The notes under the pieces are model-generated. The model was not told the origin of the DNA and did no database searches. It saw only the letters and a list, made by a program, of their open reading frames with translations. From Octopus vulgaris (lineage: Eukaryota), in assembly GCA_951406725.2 (NCBI GenBank), contig OX597814.1, positions 100,626,001 through 100,690,000 of the forward strand: a stretch of DNA of 64,000 bases, in the 5' to 3' direction. This document shows, piece after piece, positions 58,795-64,000 of this stretch. The number at the start of each line of letters is the position of its first letter. The stretch's first letter is position 1. A program made the translations under genes and the position numbers.

Positions 58795-59246
58795 AAACAA
58801 GTCAAAATAGAAAATGCTAAAATAAATTTATAAAGAATATTTCAGTACCGGTTTCGGTGATTTTGAGACCTTTTCAACTGTAACGATTAAATAATTAAAT
58901 TTAGAAAAATTAAAAGAAAAGTTTTTTAAAGGAATATTTGTATAGTGTTCAAATATAAGTGGCATTCTGCCTTTCTCTGTCTCCCTTGTTTGCACTTGTG
59001 TGTTCGAGGCCGTTGTGAATTCACAACGGCCTCGAACACACAAGTGCAAACAAGGAGACAGAGAAAGGCAGAATGCCACTTATATTTGAACACTATACAA
59101 ATATTCCTTTAAAAAACTTTTCTTTAATTTTTCTAAATTTAATTATTTAATCGTTACAGTTGAAAAGGTCTCAAAATCACCGAAACCGGTACTGAAATGT
59201 TCTTTATAAAATTATTTTAGCATTTTCTATTTTGACTTGTTTTTTC
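58791..59246. repeat. Spacer-less near-perfect palindrome (~228-bp arms)
   Basis: Centre ..GGCCGTTGTGAA|TTCACAACGGCC.. at 59019/59020; about 4 differences between arms; TA repeats on both sides. Confidence 0.97.
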
Positions 59247-59280
59247 ATATATATCAACTCGTGTGTTCCTTTTCACCCTT

Positions 59281-59357
<77 letters not shown>

Positions 59358-60774
59358 TCGAGATAGTGTTAACAGCGCCTGCTATAATTAGGCCAAAGGT
59401 ATATGTGTCCAAGTCACTAACTCCATGTGGTGCTACGAATAATTCTTTTGCAAAATAAATACATCAACCAGTTAATATTGAGATACAAGAATATTGGTGT
59501 AATTTACAATCTGCATGCCTCAACTTCACCAACTTGAAGTATGAAAATAATATTTGGTGATATTCCCAGCACCATACGATGTCTGACTGCATACTATACA
59601 CTACTGGGTGTTTACTAGACAAGTGCTGGGTTGAGTCGACAGGAAATGGGCAAGAAAAATAAAAAAACATGAAGAATAGATATATATGTTGGTAAATTTT
59701 GTGGGGACTAACAAAAATAACAATTTTATAAGGGGAACCCTGTGGGAATTTTGACTTCACTTCGTCAAACGCCCAATTTAAAAATGCTTGTATGAATTCT
59801 TCAGAGCACACTGATTTTGTATTGCTTGTTTATATTTGCAAATGTGTCGTTGCATTAAGCGTGCTTGAAAGCACTCAGAAGTGAAAACATAATAAAAGAA
59901 ATTTATACAGAGAATACGGATCCTCTGTCGTTTTCAACGATGAATATTCAGTTGTTTGATAATCTGAAATTTACGCCTAAGCGGCTTATATATACAGTAT
60001 ATGTGTGTACCCTTAACGTAATTCCCAAGACAAATCAGCGTGACGCTATTCTAACTAGGCTTGAAATTTTCAACTACCACCGCAGTCCGCGGAATTCCGA
60101 ACAGGTCGGGTCAACCCATTATGTATGAGTCTGTATAATTGTACACACACATACATACACATATACTAACAAATACATACTTGCAAACTCTCACACACAC
60201 GCCCACGCATACACATATATATTAAGAGCATAAATATATACGCATAGATATGTACATATATACTATGCATATACATACGTATTCGATATGATCTAACAGA
60301 TTTCTGTCTCCCAAAATTCTACTTCTGAGACATGAGAGATTCTTCATTCTTCAGCGTTACCTAACACCCAAAGCAACAGGGATATGAAATTAACTTCTTA
60401 ATAACACACCTCTGTCTCGCCAATTTCAACAAAACTACGCCTCAGTAGTTCATTATTTTGAAAACGCTATAGAAATTGTATCCAGAACGAATACAAATAC
60501 GAAAAATCCTTAGTTCTATGTTTAGAAATCGATATATCACTCACAGTAATCCCATTTTCCATTGAAAACACATTTTCTGAGGTAAACAAGTTGCCTCTAG
60601 TGGGTCAATCTGCTTGCTAGAAATAGCAATCAGTTTTCACAGAAATGATTATATGAAGGAAGAACACACAGACTAATATTGTTCTTGTAACCATTTTCTT
60701 GAAGAAATGACAGATGATCCCAAGCATATTTTAGATGAGCTGAAGGTGTAATAGCCAGAGACTAATAAATAACT

Positions 60775-60980
60775 ATTCTTTTATTATTTTACTTGTTTTA
60801 GTTATTTGACTGTTGCCATGCTGGAGCACCATCTTGAAAGGTTTTAGTCGAACAAATCGACCCCAAATTGTCTTGTACTTATTCTATCGGTCCCTTTTGC
60901 CGAACTTCTAATTGACGGGGAAGTAAATTCACCAACACCAGTTATCAAGCAGTGATGGGGAGAACAAACACAGACACAAA
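60775..60980 (-). mobile_element. SINE family A 3' body
   Basis: CCATGCTGGAGCACC..TTAGTCGAACAAATCGACCCC..TTTTGCCGAAC. Confidence 0.8.
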
Positions 60981-61751
60981 CACATATATATATATATGTA
61001 AAATAATTATTGTAAAAGGTACGCGCATATATATATATGTGTGTACCTTTTGCAATAATTATTTTTGAATTTAACTTCAAGTTCAGTAGATCTGAAGGTG
61101 AGGGTCAGAACATATCATGAACTCCAATTCTTGAATGGCTACTTACAGAGCCCAATAAGATGAAAAGCAAAATTGACCTAAGTACGATGTATACTATCTT
61201 TATAATTAAAAAAAGAAACATAATGATATACCTAAATAAGAGAAGGAATGATTATAGCTAGAACACTATTTCTCATAGAGCTGATCAGTTATTGTTGATC
61301 AGAGGTTCTAGTAAAATTTTGTTCGTTGTATACGAATAAAAGTTATACCTTCATTTGCTATCTTTGAACGTCTCAACCTTCAGTGAGTAACAGCATTAAA
61401 ATAAATCGCTCAGAGGGGTATAACTACATTGAAACAAGAAAACGAATATATTAAAACACAATTACAGCAAGGTAAAATGGAGGTTTCAAAACAATATAAA
61501 CAGTTTAAATATATAGCAATCACAAGCACAGAACAGAATATAGTTGTACCAGCTTAGGTCTCAAGGGGAAAATAAAGAGCCAAACTAAGTTGTATGAGGA
61601 ATAGACTACACACATAAATGAAGTAGCTCTTATAATAAATGGAGATTAATCGTCAAAAGAAATAATGCAACAATGTGAACATCTGTGATAGAGACAATTT
61701 GCGTTTTATTTGATTTGATAATGGAGAGGGTATTTATATTTACAACAAGAA

Positions 61752-61972
61752 GGCGGCGAGCTGGCAGAAACGTTGGCACGCCGGGCGAAATGCATTGCGG
61801 TATTTCGTCTGCCGCTACATTCAGAGTTCAAATTCCTCCGAGGTCGACTTTGCCTTTCATCCTTTCGGGGTTGATTAGATAAGTACCAGTTACGCACTGG
61901 GGTCGATATAATCGACTTAATCCGTTTGTCTGTCCTTCTTTGTCCACTCTGTGGGTAGTAAAGAAATAGGTA
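61752..61972 (+). mobile_element. SINE family B, full length
   Basis: GGCGGCGAGCTGGCAGAAACGTTGGCACGCCGGGCG..GGGTAGTAAAGAAATAGG. Confidence 0.9.
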
Positions 61973-62046
61973 TTTATATTTACAAGAATATTAAGATATA
62001 TACTATTAAAAGAGCAGTCACTTTGATGGCATTCACTGCTCTCTCA

Positions 62047-62163
<117 letters not shown>

Positions 62164-63179
62164 CAATCTTAGCTTGAAAAAAAAAAGCTGAGTGAATTTG
62201 CGTGAAACCGATTTGTTAAATATCCAGTAAACTTGCTTTCTTTCACATTACTGTAGTTATTCTCATCTTGAAATAAATCTATATGTATGCAAGTAGCATG
62301 CGTGCATACTCATGTTTACACACATGCGCACACACACATGCACACACACACACACGCACACACACACACACATTGCACATGTAAACACACACAGAATCAC
62401 TTATATACATATATGCATACGCAGAATCATGTACATATATATACTTAAGTATATACATATATATATATATATACTTACATACACACACACACACACACAC
62501 ATGTATTTAGTTGTAAATGTATGCATTTTTTGTATTCATAACTTGCAGTAAACCTCATTATCATTGAAATCAACGTTAAACACCTTTCTCATCAATAATA
62601 ATCAACTCATATTTCTTAGATCTCTCGTCGATTGTTTTGATGTCTCTTTTGAATTTTAATCAACTCGTTCTTTTAAAATTTTCAAAAATCTTTAAACCAG
62701 CTTCGGGTTCTCTTGTGATGCTATCACTTAAAATCATCTAACTCTGTTTGGAACAGGAAGAAATTATTTGAAAGATATATCTGTCTAATTGCATATCAGA
62801 CAAGCTTTAAAGAAAACTCTGTCTTACACGTCATGTTGAAGTGTTTTCTGTATAATTAAAGTGTTAGCTCCGGGATAAACCAGTAGAATGTTAGAAAGTT
62901 CGAACGAAAATTATCGAAATTTTTTTTTTTTTCAAAAATATTATTTTAATATTGTTATTTTTCTTCGAGAATTTGTGTTTCATTTTGAAATTCTCATCAT
63001 GGGAATTTTTAAGAGGGGAAAAAATTTGCTTTCACTGTACATATTGGAAACAGTTAAACTATATAAATACCATAAATACTCGTGCTTTGGCCCCCTTCAG
63101 TGATTAGCGTTTAAAAGAAAAGATAGTTGTTCATTTTCTTTGTTTAGATATGCATTTTCATTTTTCTGCCAATGTTTTA

Positions 63180-63213
63180 CTTACATACCTACCTACATAC
63201 ATACATACATACA

Positions 63214-63247
<34 letters not shown>

Positions 63248-63516
63248 CACACACGCACGCGCACACACACATATACATATAGATATATAGATTTATGTAT
63301 ACATACATATGTACATATATATATATGCACATACAATATATATAATATATATATATATACATACATATATATACATATATATATATATGCATGTATATAA
63401 ATATCTATACGTATGTATATATATACATTTATATATATATATATATATACATACATATATATATACATATATATATATGTATGTATATAAATATCTATAC
63501 GTATGTATATATATAC

Positions 63517-63573
<57 letters not shown>

Positions 63574-63663
63574 AATATCTATACGTATGTATATATATAC
63601 ATTTATATATATATATATACATATATATACATATAGATATATAGATGCATGTATATATACATT

Positions 63664-63705
<42 letters not shown>

Positions 63706-63745
63706 AACATGCACACACGCTCACACTCAGACACATACACACATA
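63180..63745. repeat. Compound microsatellite with 3 copies of ATGTATATAAATATCTATACGTATGTATATATATACATTT
   Basis: Units at ~63391, 63481 and 63565; representative of dozens of (TA)n, (CA)n, (TATG)n, (TAGA)n and (AAT)n arrays in the window. Confidence 0.9.
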
Positions 63746-64000
63746 GAAATATATATGATTTTGTCATGTTATTTTGTGCTTTATTTTACGTTGGAAACAT
63801 AATTGAAATTTTTCTTAAGAAAGTGTACTAAAATCAGTTTAAAGAAAACTGATAAGCGTTATTTACCACAACTCCAACATGGGAGTAACATGATTGGCTG
63901 TCTGTTCTCTAATTAAAATACTTGTTTCTCACCGGCATCAGTAAATAAAATTTCTTGGATTTCACAAAATAATCGATAATATCTAAAGAACTAATATAAT

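Noticed and set aside
59464-59811. 115-aa minus-strand ORF
   Set aside because: Non-ATG start, no recognisable domain; possibly decayed transposon sequence

Overview
Eukaryotic, AT-rich, extremely microsatellite-rich non-coding DNA. The SINE, mariner and Penelope repertoire resembles an octopus/cephalopod genome (inference from repeat recognition). I see no intact protein-coding gene. Nearly all ORFs in the track are translations of (TA)n, (CA)n, (TATG)n or (TAC)n arrays. The window is a mosaic of decayed mobile elements: about 20 tRNA-derived SINE copies from 4 families, two near-full-length maT-like (DD37D) and two mariner-type Tc1/mariner relics, several TIR/foldback elements, and 3' fragments of R4/Dong-, CRE-, RTE-, CR1-like and Tx1/L1-like non-LTR retrotransposons, plus two Penelope-like GIY-YIG relics. 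The strongest hidden signal is a dispersed set of hammerhead-ribozyme motifs (CUGANGA..stem II..GAAA..NUH) in short pLTR-like units embedded in (TA)n arrays. These include one near-canonical copy (27633-27688), variant cores, a fragment starting at a predicted cleavage site, and a spacer-less ~456-bp palindrome carrying a hammerhead relic in each arm. Also present: a 1.5-kb satellite of palindromic homopolymer runs, a possible 47-nt kinase-like exon (- strand) and a divergent CTCF-like motif pair. Coordinates of decayed elements are approximate.
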